A DNA stretch of 61,726 bases, counting the filler, from Nemertoderma westbladi (lineage: Eukaryota; Animalia; Xenacoelomorpha), in the NCBI GenBank assembly GCA_032718475.1. It is 4 parts of 4 records of this genome, joined end to end, with 100 filler letters (N's around TTAATTAATTAA, not from the genome) between each part and the next. Parts side by side here need not be neighbours in the genome. Positions count along the whole stretch, not along the records: positions 1 to 19,626 come from JAUCBJ010000904.1; positions 19,727 to 39,114 come from JAUCBJ010001589.1; 2 more parts are not named here. One strand, written 5' to 3'. Position 1 is the stretch's first letter, and every line of letters begins with the position of its first letter. Below, one piece after another: positions 12,931 to 26,443 of the stretch. A program made the translations under genes and the position numbers. The notes below the pieces were generated by a model. That model ran no database searches, had not been told where the DNA came from, and saw only the letters and a program-made list of their open reading frames with translations.

Positions 12931-13741
12931 TCCCCGGTTATAGGTATTTAGATTTATCGTAGGTTTAGGTTATGTATTAATACTAATTTAGTGTAAGTGG
13001 TTTAGGTTGCGGTATATACTGTTACTGTACATAGTTGTAGTGTTTTAGTATGACTAGTATGTATGTATTAGATTTCTGTAATGTAAAGCCGGAAAGACGA
13101 GAGTGATTGGATGTGGTTTGGAGTTTTACGAAGCGGACACAAGTTCTGGAGAATAGATTAGTTTCCAACCAGAAACAAATACATAGACTTTTATTTGGCT
13201 CTCTACTCTACATAGAGTATATACAGTGAAGGTAATTATTATTATTTGTTAGCGAATTCTTTTAGTGTGACATCCAGAGATTTTACACCATATCTGGCGG
13301 TGTTTTCCCCAAATTAAAAAAGTTTAATGGCTATCGTTTGAGTGAACATTTACGATGCTACATTGTTCACAGTAACAGTCCAAAAATAGTCAGTTTGCAG
13401 GCCGGAGTCCGGGCTGCTGTTTATTTGTTAGAATGTTATACTGAGACATGTAGCAACAATTAAACACGACATAAAGATATGTGAGGCAACATAGCGCTTG
13501 GCTTACTGCTGCTGATGAAGGACCAAGCGCAAGCTACCGGATGGGATAAGTGACGCCACCAGACCTCCTTAATATACCGATAATAATAATTTAATTACGA
13601 TGTCTAATTATTAATAGCTTAATACCATAATATCCGTAACCATAATATATCTTTAATATAATATATTATAATATAATATATTGTATAAATATTAATTTAA
13701 TATTTATTATATTTAATACTCATTACTTGCAGCAGCGGACT

Positions 13742-13852
13742 ATGGAACGTTCTAACATCCGAGGACAAATGCGTTCCCTTCTAAATGAATTCCGACGAAT
13801 CTACGATAAAAAGTTAAGGGATGTCGACGATCACGAAGGCGGAAATAACAAG
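13742..13852 (+). CDS. Coding exon of a coiled-coil protein (MERSNIRGQMRSLLNEFRRIYDKKL...)
   Basis: Acceptor TTGCAG ending 13732, ATG 13742, donor AAG|GTAAT; phase 0 matches the next exon. Confidence 0.65.
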
Positions 13853-14614
13853 GTAATAAATATATGACGTCATTAACGTGTCTGTTTATTGTCTACCGGT
13901 AACTGTCGGTAACTGATACCGGTAGAATACTAAATCTAGGCGGAATTTGAATTTGGAAGTTCTGAGACCATCAGCCCCCCTCCCCCCCCCCCCCCCCCTT
14001 ATCTTGTAATATATCAAGTTATTTATTTAAATAAATGCCGCCAATGGAATACATGTCTTATGCGTCATCTATTTGATCTATAGGATCTAATCCATCACAT
14101 TTTTATTGTAGCTTTTCAAACAAAAATTTCAATTTTCGGAAATTTTCCACTGTAATAAGATTTAAATTCAGATTTTCATGGAATGTTCGGGAATATTCCC
14201 TTCTACAGTAGCTTCTAATAATTTCATTAACAGTTGAATTAAAATTATACAATTAATTAGGGTTCAGTTCATATTTTCACCATCAGTACCCCACAGGTGC
14301 TGTATCATTCCCAATTCCCAGCCCAATCTGTGGGGGCCGATTGACTTGGCTTATTCAGACTAAATACGAACCTGTCTGCCTGTGTAGTGAGTGTGTATAG
14401 TATACACAAAAAATATAACTGGTGGATTTAAGTACCGGTATTCGAAACAGATGGTTGAAATTGAAAACAAAGTGCCAAAGCCAATCCATTTGTTCACTCC
14501 GTTTCTGGTCATCACGCAACTTTTATAGTTTGGAAATTTTTAAGTTTATGCGGATATAAGAATTACCCAGATAGGGTGTGTGAGCTGGACTCAATAAAAA
14601 GTCATCCCTCTGCA

Positions 14615-15271
14615 CAGGGCCGTATTAACGGCGGGACTTTTGGGGCTGCAGCCCCGGGCCCCGTGAAGTTTTGGGGCCCCCCAGAAAAAGTATCCTTACA
14701 TTAAAAAAAAAGATTTTTGAACCGCGTTAAAACTAAAACATACAAGGAATATGGTACCCAGAAGAACAAATGCGAAATTCACATTCCAAATTCTACTACT
14801 GAAAATATACCATACCATACATACCTCTCCAATTTCTCACTGTAAACATTGCCAAAGGGCAAGAAAGGCGGGGGGGGTCATAATGTAAAGAACACTAACA
14901 GTAGTAAAGGGAGGGAGCACACCACCGAGCAAAAATTATATTCACGGGGGTTTTCGGGATCGCTGATTTCATTTCCGAAGCCAGTTTTAATATTTGATGG
15001 AATCTAGTCTGTCCGTCTGTCTTACATTTTGACATTCAGATTACCAGACAGATATTTCATGATAATTCGAGAACTAAAAGATATCTCTCTAAGCAGTTTT
15101 TAGATTTGAAATCCCCATTAAATTCTGCTCTAGATGCAATAAAAAACAATTCGAAAATTTGTGATCATTATATGCGAACACCACCCCCCCCCCCCCCCCC
15201 CCCAAAAAAAATTAAAGGGGGCCCCAAATTTATATTAGCCCCGGGCCCCGATATAGCTTAATCCGGCCCTG
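14615..15271. mobile_element. hAT-type MITE in an intron
   Basis: TIRs CAGGGCCGTATTAA / TTAATCCGGCCCTG; 8-bp TSD CCTCTGCA at 14607-14614 and 15272-15279. Confidence 0.9.
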
Positions 15272-16293
15272 CCTCTGCATACAACAGCATACAACAGCAT
15301 AGTATATACTGTTTTATATATACTGTATATATATATAATATTAAAAAAAACCGTCATAAATGAAAAGTTACAATTATTGAAGGGGGGGGGGATATCTCAG
15401 CTTCATTCCCCCGGGCGCCAGAAGGGCTCGCTACGCCTCTGTCCAAATTATACGCAAATAACAGCAGATTACTCTCAAAAAATAAAACTGTTAACCAGTT
15501 CAATTGGGTTTAGTTTATTGTTTTATTTAAAATAGCGTGCCACTGTAACCTGCTCCTTTCTCTAAATTGAGAATTTGACATTGAGGCGGGATATTAATTC
15601 GCCAAGATGGGATTTGCGTCCAGTTCCCCCCCTGTCTCGAATCACCTTACCTCTGAACGTAAAATTCGCCGTCGCACTCACAAATGAAGCAAACTTTCTG
15701 TGCACAAATAACCATCTCATGTTTAGTGGGTTTAAAAAATGAAATTGAAATACTATAGGAGAGGAGCAGGTTACTTGGGAGGTGTCTTCTAACCAAAACA
15801 ATAAATGTTTTAGATTTCGTATGCGACAAATTTGCACCAGAAGTTCTTACGAACAACTTCCACCGCGTTTATCTGCTCTGCTATTCTAAAATAATGTGAT
15901 TTAATAACATCAAATATCGACGCAATAATATTTCAATTACAGAGCTACTAAACTGAAACCGGAACACTAAATCGATAACACATTGGGCCAAGCGAGACTA
16001 TCAGCTAAATCAATACCAGTTGCTCAATTTTGTTATTTTTACTATTTATAATAATACTGTATTTCAAATGAATAATTCACTCCCTGACTGACTATGTATC
16101 TCGATTTGACGAAAGCAAACTCGTTTTAAATATTTTACGTTGTTAATTTACGGATTATTTACCATCGCATATTGTCGGTATTAATTAATTACCTGGTTGG
16201 GCTGAGCAAAACTTATCGTACTAAAAACTAAAAGTATACGAGGAACCGAAGCTATTATGTCAATGGCGTAAAACTATTCCTTTGTTTCCCCAG

Positions 16294-16443
16294 ACTAAAG
16301 TTCGAATATTGCAATCGTACGTAGATGACCTTAGAGAACAGAATGAAACTTTAGTGCAAACTATAGAAGATATTGAGAGAGAATCCAGTGGTCGGGTTGA
16401 TCAATTAGACAAGAAAATTACACGAAGTAACATATCGCTTCAG
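16294..16443 (+). CDS. Next coding exon of the coiled-coil protein (TKVRILQSYVDDLREQNETLVQTIEDIERE...)
   Basis: Acceptor TTTCCCCAG|, donor CAG|GTTTG, 150 nt in phase 0, heptad-like residue pattern. Confidence 0.75.
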
Positions 16444-16651
16444 GTTTGTTTTATTTATTTATTTTTATAATTTTGTTCATTTCGAACGTGTACATACTGC
16501 TTCAGTGCAGTAATTATTTTAATTGCTTTCTTCCTGTAGTAAGCCACCTCGTCCATCGTCAAGTAAATGTTTCTATTATTTAATTCAACCAAATCAAACT
16601 AACAAGTTTGTAACTAAATGATTAAATTGTTTAGTTTGTATTGGTTTTACA

Positions 16652-18933
16652 TGTAAGGAGTTACATACGTAACTGTAACCACTGTAAGGTGTTACATACG
16701 TAACTGTAACTACTGTAAGGAGTTACATACGTAACTGTAACCACTGTAAGGAGTTACATACGTAACTGTAACCACTGTAAGGTGTTACATACGTAACTGT
16801 AACTACTGTAAGGAGTTATATACGTAACTGTAACCACTGTAAGGAGTTACATACGTAACTGTAACTACTGTAAGGAGTTACATACGTAACTGTAACCACT
16901 GTAAGGTGTTACATACGTAACTGTAACTACTGTAAGGAGTTATATACGTAACTGTAACCACTGTAAGGAGTTACATACGTAACTGTAACTACTGTAAGGA
17001 GTTACATACGTAACTGTAACCACTGTAAGGTGTTACATACGTAACTGTAACTACTGTAAGGAGTTACAAACGTAACTGTAACCACTTTAAGGAGTTACAT
17101 ACGCAACTGTAACCACTGTAAGGTGTTACATACGTAACTGTAACTACTGTAAGGAGTTTCATACGTAACTGTAACCACTGTAAGGTGTTACATACGTAAC
17201 TGTAACTACTGTAAGGAGTTTCATACGTAACTGTAACCACTGTAAGGTGTTACATACGTAACTGTAACTACTGTAAGGAGTTACATACGTAACTGTAACC
17301 ACTGTAAGGTGTTCCATACGTAACTGTAACCACTGTAAGGTGTTCCGTACGTAACTGTAACTACTGTAAGGAGTTACATACGTAACTGTAACCACTGTAA
17401 GGTGTTACATACGTAACTGTAACTACTGTAAGAAGTTACATACGTAACTGTAACCACTGTAAGAAGTTACATACGTAACTGTAACTACTGTAAGGTGTTA
17501 CATACGTAACTGTAACCACTGTAAGGAGTTACAAACGTAACTGTAACCACTTTAAGGAGTTACATACGCAACTGTAACCACTGTAAGGTGTTACATACGT
17601 AACTGTAACTACTGTAAGGTGTTACATACGTACCTGTAACCACTGTAAGGAGTTACATACGTAACTGTAACCACTGCAAGGAGTTACATACGTAACTGTA
17701 ACCACCCTAAGGAGTTACATACGTAACTGTAACCACTGTAAGGAGTTACATACGTAACTGTAACCACTGTAAGGTGTTACATACGTAACTGTAACCACTG
17801 TAAGGTGTTACGTTACATACGTAACTGTAACCACTGTAAGGAGTTACATACGTAACTGTAACCACTGTAAGGTGTTACATACGTAACTGTAACCACTGTA
17901 AGGTGTTACATACGTAACTGTAACCACTGTAAGATCTTACATACGTAACTGTAACCACTGTAAGGAGTTACATCCGTAACTGTAACCACTGTAAGGTGCT
18001 ACATACGTAACTGTAACCACTGTAAGGAGTTACATCCGTAACTGTAACCACTGTAAGGTGCTACATACGTAACTGTAACCACTGTAAGGTGTTACATACG
18101 TAACTGTAAGCACTGTAAGGTCTTACATACGTAACTGTAACCACTGTAAGGAGTTACATACGTAACTGTAACCACTGTAAGGAGTTACATACGTAACTGT
18201 AACCACTGTAAGGAGTTACATACGTAACTGTAACCACTGTAAGGAGTTACATACGTAACTGTAACCACTGTAAGGTGTTACATACGTAACTGTAACCACT
18301 GTAAGGAGTTACATACGTAACTGTAACCACTGTAAGGTGTTACATACGTAACTGTAACCACTGTAAGGTGTTACATACGTAACTGTAACCACTGTAAGGT
18401 GTTACATACGTAACTGTAAGCACTGTAAGGTCTTACATACGTAACTGTAACCACTGTAAGGAGTTACATACGTAACTGTAACCACTGTAAGGAGTTACAT
18501 ACGTAACTGTAACCACTGTAAGGAGTTACATACGTAACTGTAACCACTGTAAGGTGCTACATACGTAACTGTAACCACTGTAAGGAGTTACATCCGTAAC
18601 TGTAACCACTGTAAGGTGCTACATACGTAACTGTAACCACTGTAAGGTGTTACATACGTAACTGTAAGCACTGTAAGGTCTTACATACGTAACTGTAACC
18701 ACTGTGAGGAGTTACATACGTAACTGTAACCACTGTAAGGAGTTACATACGTAACTGTAACCACTGTAAGGAGTTACATACGTAACTGTAACCACTGTAA
18801 GGAGTTACATACGTAACTGTAACTACTGTAAGGTGCTACATACGTAACTGTAACCACTGTAAGGAGTTACATACGTAACTGTAACCACTGTAAGGAGTTA
18901 CATACGTAACTGTAACTACTGTAAGGTGTTACA
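16652..18933. repeat. 31-bp satellite, ~70+ copies, internally palindromic
   Basis: TGTAAGGAGTTACATACGTAACTGTAACCAC; AGTTAC-ATAC-GTAACT hairpin in each unit. Confidence 0.98.
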
Positions 18934-19626
18934 CTAGTTTATTCCGTTACGTAGGTCTAGGCATTTGTAATTATATGACTTGCGCCGCCGTTTGAATGTG
19001 CCTAACTATTTATCTTGCAGACATACCAAAGCCGAATAGAAAGATTAGAAACAGAAGTAAATGATTTGCAATCTTCCAAGGACCAATTAGAATTTGAGGC
19101 TGAGGTAAAGTGACTGACTCGAGTAAATTCCGTATTAATTCAATTCGTATTATCCGTATTAGGCATGAGCGTACTGGGAAGAAAAACCGGTTCGGGCAAA
19201 CTACTGTACACCAGGCCAGCCCAGGTGAAAAAAAGGAAAATGAAATTTGAAAAAAAAAATGATTTTTAGCGCCCCCTAGCGGCCTGTGTGATATTTTATT
19301 CATTTTACTAAAAAGTCTACTCCTCCGTTATTTTCCATTTTTATTTTCCGATACCACATTTTTTGGAACCAGCATGTTCATTTTTCATAATATTTTTCAC
19401 GCACTTTTTGTGTATTTCCGTTTTCTATCTCTGATAATTGGCAATTTTGTAAAAAAAAATCAAGTCATTCTGAGATAATCGCCTTCAAAGTTCAAGCTTA
19501 GATTAAAGATAACCTCACCGGCCCTCGGTAAATAAGAATCCTTGAGAAACTGTAAAAACAAGTTCTACTTTTATTCCAAAGTAATAAATAATTATTCAGT
19601 ATTTATTGCGCGTTAAGCAGGAGTAC

Positions 19627-19726
19627 NNNNNNNNNNNNNNNNNNNNNNNNNNNNNNNNNNNNNNNNNNNNTTAATTAATTAANNNNNNNNNNNNNNNNNN
19701 NNNNNNNNNNNNNNNNNNNNNNNNNN
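19627..19726. other. Artificial contig linker
   Basis: N run, TTAATTAATTAA (stops in all six frames), N run. Confidence 0.97.
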
Positions 19727-20607
19727 TCGTATAGAGCAGTAGTCACGAGTTTTTCAAAGCCACGAAAGAACGGCTTTGTAGTGTTTTATGTTTTATGCTT
19801 TTTAGCTCAACACTAGTAGGTTTAATTACAAGGACATATATCCTTTAACGGACTGACCTGGCTGCAATTACGCATCAAACAACCTGGCTTTAACTCTGTA
19901 AATATCAAAACAAACTGGCACGATTGATCTGTGAATACTGCATACTGCTATTTGTTGTCGGTTATTCATTATATTTGTTGATGAATTATTATATTGGAAT
20001 AACGAGAAATAAACCCGACACCCAATATTCTTGATATACCGAAGGTAAGAGAGAAAGGTTACCAATAACGATTGTGACTTATGTTAAAGTGGTTTGAAGT
20101 GAATCTAATGTTATTTGATAGACCCTACATGAGTCAGTCTGTGTTCCTTTTATATGTGACTAAAATCAGTAAAGATTGGCAGATTAGTGTGCAGTATTGT
20201 GCAGCATTGTGTGCGAGTGAGTCTGTTAAAGAAGCAATTCCTAAAGAATGCGCCATATATGTGAATTATAATTAAGCCATATCGTTGTGAGTAGTTTAAG
20301 TCATAACTCTGTTTATATAGATAAAGTGCCACGTCCTAAAGGAACTGTTAATATTCCCGAAGGTAAATTATATTGTCAGAGATTATATAATACTGTCAGT
20401 CGAATAATACATTAGGCTTACATAGCAATAAAATTAAACCGTCGAACCCAATCTCCCGGGAATATCCAGCGGGTGAATGGTCGCGCACGGATTGGTTTCG
20501 ACTAGTGTAGTGAATCAAATACTTGTCATAGGCTAAAAAGCGATTTAATATCTAGAAGACATCTTAATTTGGCGGGTTAAACTGCCAAAGGTCTGAAAGC
20601 GCGAACA
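19727..20607 (+). mobile_element. Partial LTR of the long-LTR family
   Basis: Highly similar to 58398-59205 and diverged from the reverse complement of 3527-4400; ends ...GAAAGCGCGAACA. Confidence 0.8.
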
Positions 20608-20783
20608 GCTGGGTCAGTGATTGGTTTCAGTTCGCCATGGGCTGGGTCAGTAATTGGTTTCAGTTCGCCATGGGCTGGGTCAGTAATTGGTTTCAGTAAT
20701 CGGTTTCAGTTCGCCATGGGCTGGGTCCGTAATTGGTTTCAGTTCGCCAAGGGCTGGGTCCGTAATTGGTTTCAGTTCGCCAT
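20608..20783. repeat. Short minisatellite (~33-bp unit)
   Basis: GGGCTGGGTCAGTAATTGGTTTCAGTTCGCCAT repeated ~5 times. Confidence 0.9.
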
Positions 20784-20999
20784 GTTGATCTCGGCGCATC
20801 CCATTGCATCTGTTGGTAGCGGGTAAAGAGGCTGAGCGCCCTGGAGCCAGACAATAATGACCAGACAGAATATGTACTTATATTATATTACAATTTCAGT
20901 ATATTGCAATATTATGTATGTACAGTAGGAATAATCCATCTAACTTTTATGTTTTTTTACTTATAGTAATTTCATGGTTTAATTAAATTAAGCAAGCAA

Positions 21000-21200
21000 A
21001 GTAAACAGTCTACCGAAGACGGAGGCTACCCGAGGGTAGGGATGGGCGCTACTCCTATCCCAAGATTTGCTCCCAGTAATTTAACTGGTACTCATTTTAT
21101 CGACCCCATAGTGGATGAAAGGCTGAGTGGACCCTGACGGGGCTGAACCTACAACCACTAGATTGCCGGCCTGGCGCTCAACCAACTGGGCTGCCCTGTC
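21000..21200 (-). mobile_element. tRNA-derived SINE with a conserved central domain (Nin/Deu-like)
   Basis: Minus strand has a tRNA-like head followed by CACTCAGCCTTTCATCC...GGTCGATAAAATGAGTACCAG. Confidence 0.7.
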
Positions 21201-22490
21201 TTTGATATTAAATTGAATTAAATGGATGTTATTTTAAAAGAATAATAAAATATAATCAATGTCATCATCAGTCGCGTTGTGAATTATGACCGATATATTT
21301 GTATTGAGACACAGTTTTCAAGACAGAACCGTTTAATGTATTGAATAATGGTAGTTTGAAATATTTTTTGACTGCAAACCATTATTACATAATTTGTTAT
21401 TTCCATTAATTTTGATATCCTTTCGATTCGAGTATATTTTATAAATTCTAATAAGTTTCTTTAGCCCATGAATTGAATTTGAGACCAACCTCAAGTCATT
21501 AGCATACAAAATTATCGCACGTGGGTCATTAATAACACAACCGATACAGCCTCAATACAACAACACAGGCTTTAGGTTCCACCTTGGTGTCACGTTTAAT
21601 TAACATATCTCGTAGGTCGTGGGTTCAATCCGAAGCCGCACATGGGCATGGGGGCCGTTTTTGCGATACGGTTTGGAAGATCAACCAAAACCGAATAAAC
21701 CGTAGAAAAATAACGGAAAATTTATGTTAACCAGTTTATAAAATAGCTCATAATGGTTAAACCAAATCAATGCCTTGGAGGAATCAATAAACACAATAAA
21801 ATAGTTTGCCAACTAGAATATCGGGGACAGGACTTATGACACTGGCAAGATTGTCTAAAAAATTAAATTTACTTTCAATGCCATTTTAAAGCTAATAATT
21901 TTAAGCGCTCTTTATTGCGGTAGAACCAACAACATTTAAAAACTTACCGGTATCTATTTATTGAAGTCTAATATTATATAGCCATATTATAACACAGATT
22001 ATATTATATTCACCCGATTTAAAAAGTACTTTTTATTTAAATGTTTCTTTGAACACAACACATAGAAATACATATGAAATAGCAATACAAAATAAAAGCC
22101 TCTTTATAGTTATGAAAATTGTTTAGATAGTGTGGGATAGGGAACTGTTACAAAAAATAAACTGACAGTGTAAGATAATAGGGGGGTAAGGGGGGGGGGG
22201 GGGGGGGGGGGGCTTTCGACGGAATCAAAATTCATCCTTCTCCAGGGGAAAATCCGAGGGGCTGATAATTTCCAAAAATAAAACTGTACCCTGTTTTAAT
22301 GACTTTAGTTTAATGTTTTGGTTAGAATAACATGCCAATGTAACCTGCTCCTTTTTCTAAATTTATAATTTAACATTGAAACGAGATTTACGGCCACCCC
22401 CCCCCCCCCCTCTCTTATCTTTTTGAGGTTAATAATAATAACGTTAATAATAATGTTAACGTACAGTTATATAATATAAGTTTAATATCA

Positions 22491-23822
22491 TCAATTCAAT
22501 TGCCCAACATTATTTATATGTTTTTTCTCCATATGGGCGTTTAAGTAATACCTTTTGGTAAACAACTTATTGCAATGAACACAGATGTATTTGATGCCCT
22601 GATGTACGAGTTCCCGATGTCTCTTGAGTCCCTGTCTGTCGGAGTAAACGCTGTCGCAGAGCGCGCACCCGTACTTTCGGCCTTTATGGATGGCCTCGAT
22701 GTGCAGCTTGAGACTCCAACTGGTCACGAAGGTTTTATCGCACTCGGTGCAACTGTGTTTCATATGATTATGAACGGCGTCGACGTGCCGCTTTAAACCC
22801 CGGATATCCGCGTACATTTTTTCGCAGGAATCGCAGCCATGTTTCGCTGACTTAGCGTGCGAGAACTTTAAATGTTTCTGAAGGCCTGAGGAATCGGTAT
22901 AAACTTTATCGCATTCCGTGCAATTATACTTAATACCCCGGTGAATCGCTTCGATGTGTTTAGTTACACCCAAATTATCGGAATAGAGTTTATCGCAATA
23001 AAGACAACTGTACTTCTTCCCTAAATGAACGGATTCTCGATGCCTCCGCAGGTATCTTTTATCTTTAAATACTTTATCGCATTGGTGGCAGTTATAAGTA
23101 ATACCTCGATGAACTGAGTCAATGTGTTTCTTTAGAATATCCCTTTTCGCGCACAACTTATTGCAGAGACTGCAGGTGTAATTAATACCTCTATGTATGA
23201 AATCAATATGGGTCTTTAGGTGACCTTTGGTTGCGTGTTGACTAGGGCAATGCGGACAATCATATTTAATTCCTTTATGGACGGAGTCGATATGTTTATC
23301 GAGGTTGTCTTTATTTGAACATTTTTTCTCGCAAAGGAAACACACATGTTTGTGACATTTGTGAGCGAATTCTATGTGTCTCTGCAATCCGGTTTCCGAT
23401 TCGTATTCTTTTCCGCACTCGAAACAAACGAACCCGAATTCCGATTTTACAGATTCTTCGAGATGTTCAGATTTTACTTCGGGAATATCAAAATTAAAAC
23501 CGGAAGAAATGTCCCCGCAGTTTAAATTATCATATTGGAAGTGAGTAGGATCGTTATTATATTCTCCTTGTGTCTCATAAGGATGAAGTGGTTCATTTTG
23601 AGTTTCCATACCGGTACCCGTACCCGTACCAGTAGGTTCTCCATTATGTAGTACAATTACAAACTTATCTCCCGCCAGAATTTGATTGTCGTCTGCGATT
23701 CCATACCGGTAATCGTTCTCAACCTTTACTTCTATATTTCTCACTGTTTTTTCTTTATCAGGAAAGATATTTTTCGCAGCGTTGTCAGAGTGAGTCATTA
23801 TACCGGTATTGTTCGTCGACAT
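22491..23822 (-). CDS. C2H2 zinc-finger protein, ~11 tandem fingers, uninterrupted ORF
   Basis: 443 aa; repeated CxxC...Hx4H fingers with H(K/R)GI(K/T)Y linkers. Confidence 0.92.
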   Translation of the reverse strand: MSTNNTGIMTHSDNAAKNIFPDKEKTVRNIEVKVENDYRYGIADDNQILAGDKFVIVLHNGEPTGTGTGTGMETQNEPLHPYETQGEYNNDPTHFQYDNLNCGDISSGFNFDIPEVKSEHLEESVKSEFGFVCFECGKEYESETGLQRHIEFAHKCHKHVCFLCEKKCSNKDNLDKHIDSVHKGIKYDCPHCPSQHATKGHLKTHIDFIHRGINYTCSLCNKLCAKRDILKKHIDSVHRGITYNCHQCDKVFKDKRYLRRHRESVHLGKKYSCLYCDKLYSDNLGVTKHIEAIHRGIKYNCTECDKVYTDSSGLQKHLKFSHAKSAKHGCDSCEKMYADIRGLKRHVDAVHNHMKHSCTECDKTFVTSWSLKLHIEAIHKGRKYGCALCDSVYSDRQGLKRHRELVHQGIKYICVHCNKLFTKRYYLNAHMEKKHINNVGQLN

Positions 23823-26171
23823 ACTGACATATTATAGATAATTACAGAATTAGTTAAAGAAGTATTGACTAGTATGTAGTGAGTGAGTACTGGAGTATGC
23901 CGTAATACATCAGATTCATTACCTTACTGCATTATATTTAATTTCTTACAGCCATGTTCTGTTAGTATGTGTTCTGATGTTGCTTCTACCGTCTGACCTT
24001 AGTAATTGCAATGTTTTGCAATGTAATTGCGACGTTTTAATCTATTTTACACAAAAAATTAAAATCAAATTTTGCTTTAAAATTAATATAGGCCAAGCAC
24101 CTAGCCTACAGGCCTACAGTACAGCAGTACCCTACTCAGCTACTACTGACGCAATATGTTTAGAATATAATATTTTAGTTTTTATTACTTTTTCTTTGTA
24201 CTTACAGATTTATGTTGGTTTTACTCATTGCTCACCCTACAGTGTAGGCCTGTACGTTACTATCGCCAGATCGCCGTTCAGCCGTTTTTAATCTAGGCAG
24301 CTAGGTGTACTGTCTGACTGTACAGTGTACACATAAACATTTATATCCATTTTAGATTATAAATAATACTGTAGCAATACTAGTTCAGTAGTTTTATTAA
24401 GCCTATATAAATTTTGTGAACGTGGTAAACATATCGTTGTGAATCTATGTTCTGATGTTGGTTTTCATTATTTCGTACTATGACTGTATGACGACTTCCT
24501 ATAACTTGTATTTTGTTAGTGCAGTATTTTGCCCCGTATTCCGTCCTCGTATTTTGATTTGATTTTGATTTTTATTTTTTTTATATTTTCTCTGTTCATA
24601 ATGACTGACCGTGTTTTACCATTTTATTTTTTTAGTTTGCAATATTTTTATTTAATTCCAATAGAGATACGCTCGTAGTGCAACATTGCCTGGGTTATCT
24701 TCTCCCTCCATACATATAATTGTTTAATTAAAGGTCTAATTCAATTTCATTTTGTGAATATGTATGTCATTAATACGGTGGCTGGTTTAGGCCAATTTAC
24801 TTTCATTTTTTTTAACGGCAAAAAAGTTTCAAACTAAAGTAGGAAATAAAAAAAGTTTCAAACTAAAGTAGGAAATAAAAAAGTTTCAAACTAAAGTAGG
24901 AAATAAAAAAAGTTTCAAACTAAAGTAGGAAATAAAAAAGTTTCAAACTAAAGTAGGAAATAAAAAAAGTTTCAAACTAAAGTAGGACATAAAAAAGTTA
25001 CAAACTAAAGTAGGACATAAAAAAGTTACAAACTAAAGTAGGAACCTAAAAAAAGTTTCAAACTAAAGTGTCTGCAATCTGCATGCTGCAGCCATAGCCT
25101 TCTGTAGGCCTACCGTAATGTGCATCATACTGTAATACAGTACTGCAGTACTGTAGACCTATGTGAGCCTAACTGTCTGATAGTCTGCGCCGAATGCATG
25201 TTGTAATGCTGCGCCCAACGTGTTCGGGGTTCGGAGTACATGTAAAACTTTTCAATAGGGACCACCGGTAGGCTATTGATTATGACTTACAGGACTTAGG
25301 TAGGACGCCAGACTCCAGACTCAGGTACGGTACAGAGCTGCAGGACTCGCCTATATGTAGCCTATATCAGTTAGGCCTATATCAGTATATGGTAGATGAG
25401 AGAGAACCAACCCTCCGGGGGTAAACGCTATTCCTACACGTACTGACAGACTGACGTACTCATACGCCTACAACGCATACACCTACCCTACCTACACTAC
25501 ACAGTTAGGAACTTTCAGTCCCATTGCGGCTGGATGTCCAGCCCCAATGAGGCTGGACGAAAATCAAACATCCCATTGAAATTCAATACAAAATGTTATT
25601 ATAAATGTCGATAAAAAATACAAAACGCCGGCATTATGAAAGTTACATGAGTAGATAGAGCTCAGTTGGTAGTATCGTTTGTATGCGAAAAAAAATAATT
25701 TTTATGTACTGTTTTATTTTAATTACGACTTTAATTAAATTCCAGCCCCTAATGGGCTGGACAACAAGTTTTTACCAAAGCATTAAAACCTTGGCTCCTT
25801 TGGCTGTGATTGACAGACTAATTGCCCTGGGCTGTCCTGCTAACTGGTGCCTCAGAGAGCTCGGATGGGCATGGGATGGCTAGGATGGAGCATAGCAGCA
25901 TAGCCCAGCCAGCCAGCCAGCCAGCCTGCCCAGTAGCCTGTATGCTGGTATGGTATGTAAATGTCTGGAGAGGGTTGAGGGGGGAGTGCCCAGAGCTATT
26001 GTATATTGTATTGTATAGGATAAGGTATCTTTCTTTCACTGATATTAATCTTACCTTATCTCTGATAGTTACAGCTGCAGATCCCTTTATGGCCTAGTTA
26101 GTACAATACTACCTATGGCGACGCCACTGGCTTCTATAGACCAACATTATATTAAATTAGCTTAGCCTATT

Positions 26172-26443
26172 CGTTGCAGTTGGTGGTTGGGCTGCTTGAC
26201 TGAGGAGGCTAACTAGTGATTATAGACCAGATTGGATTAGATTCTATTACACATTAATAATGCGTTGCAGTTGGTGGTTGGGCTGCGTGACTGAGGAGGC
26301 TAACTAGTGATTATAGACCAGATTGGATTAGATTCTATTACACATTAATAATGCGTTGCAGTTGGTGGTTGGGCTGCGTGACTGAGGAGGCTAACTAGTG
26401 ACTATAGACCAGATTGGATTAGATTCTATTACACATTAATAAT
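26172..26443. repeat. 91-bp tandem repeat, 3 copies
   Basis: CGTTGCAGTTGGTGGTTGGGCTGC... at 26172, 26263 and 26354. Confidence 0.95.

Noticed and set aside
16652-18933. CRISPR-like array of 31-bp palindromic repeats
   Set aside because: Units are head-to-tail with no unique spacers, there are no cas genes, and the context is a eukaryotic intron.
19671-19682. TTAATTAATTAA as a biological motif or piggyBac site
   Set aside because: It is centred in N runs three times, so it is an assembly linker.
20081-20332. Conserved small ORF pair repeated at 58679-58930
   Set aside because: The conservation reflects two copies of the same LTR; there is no independent coding signal.
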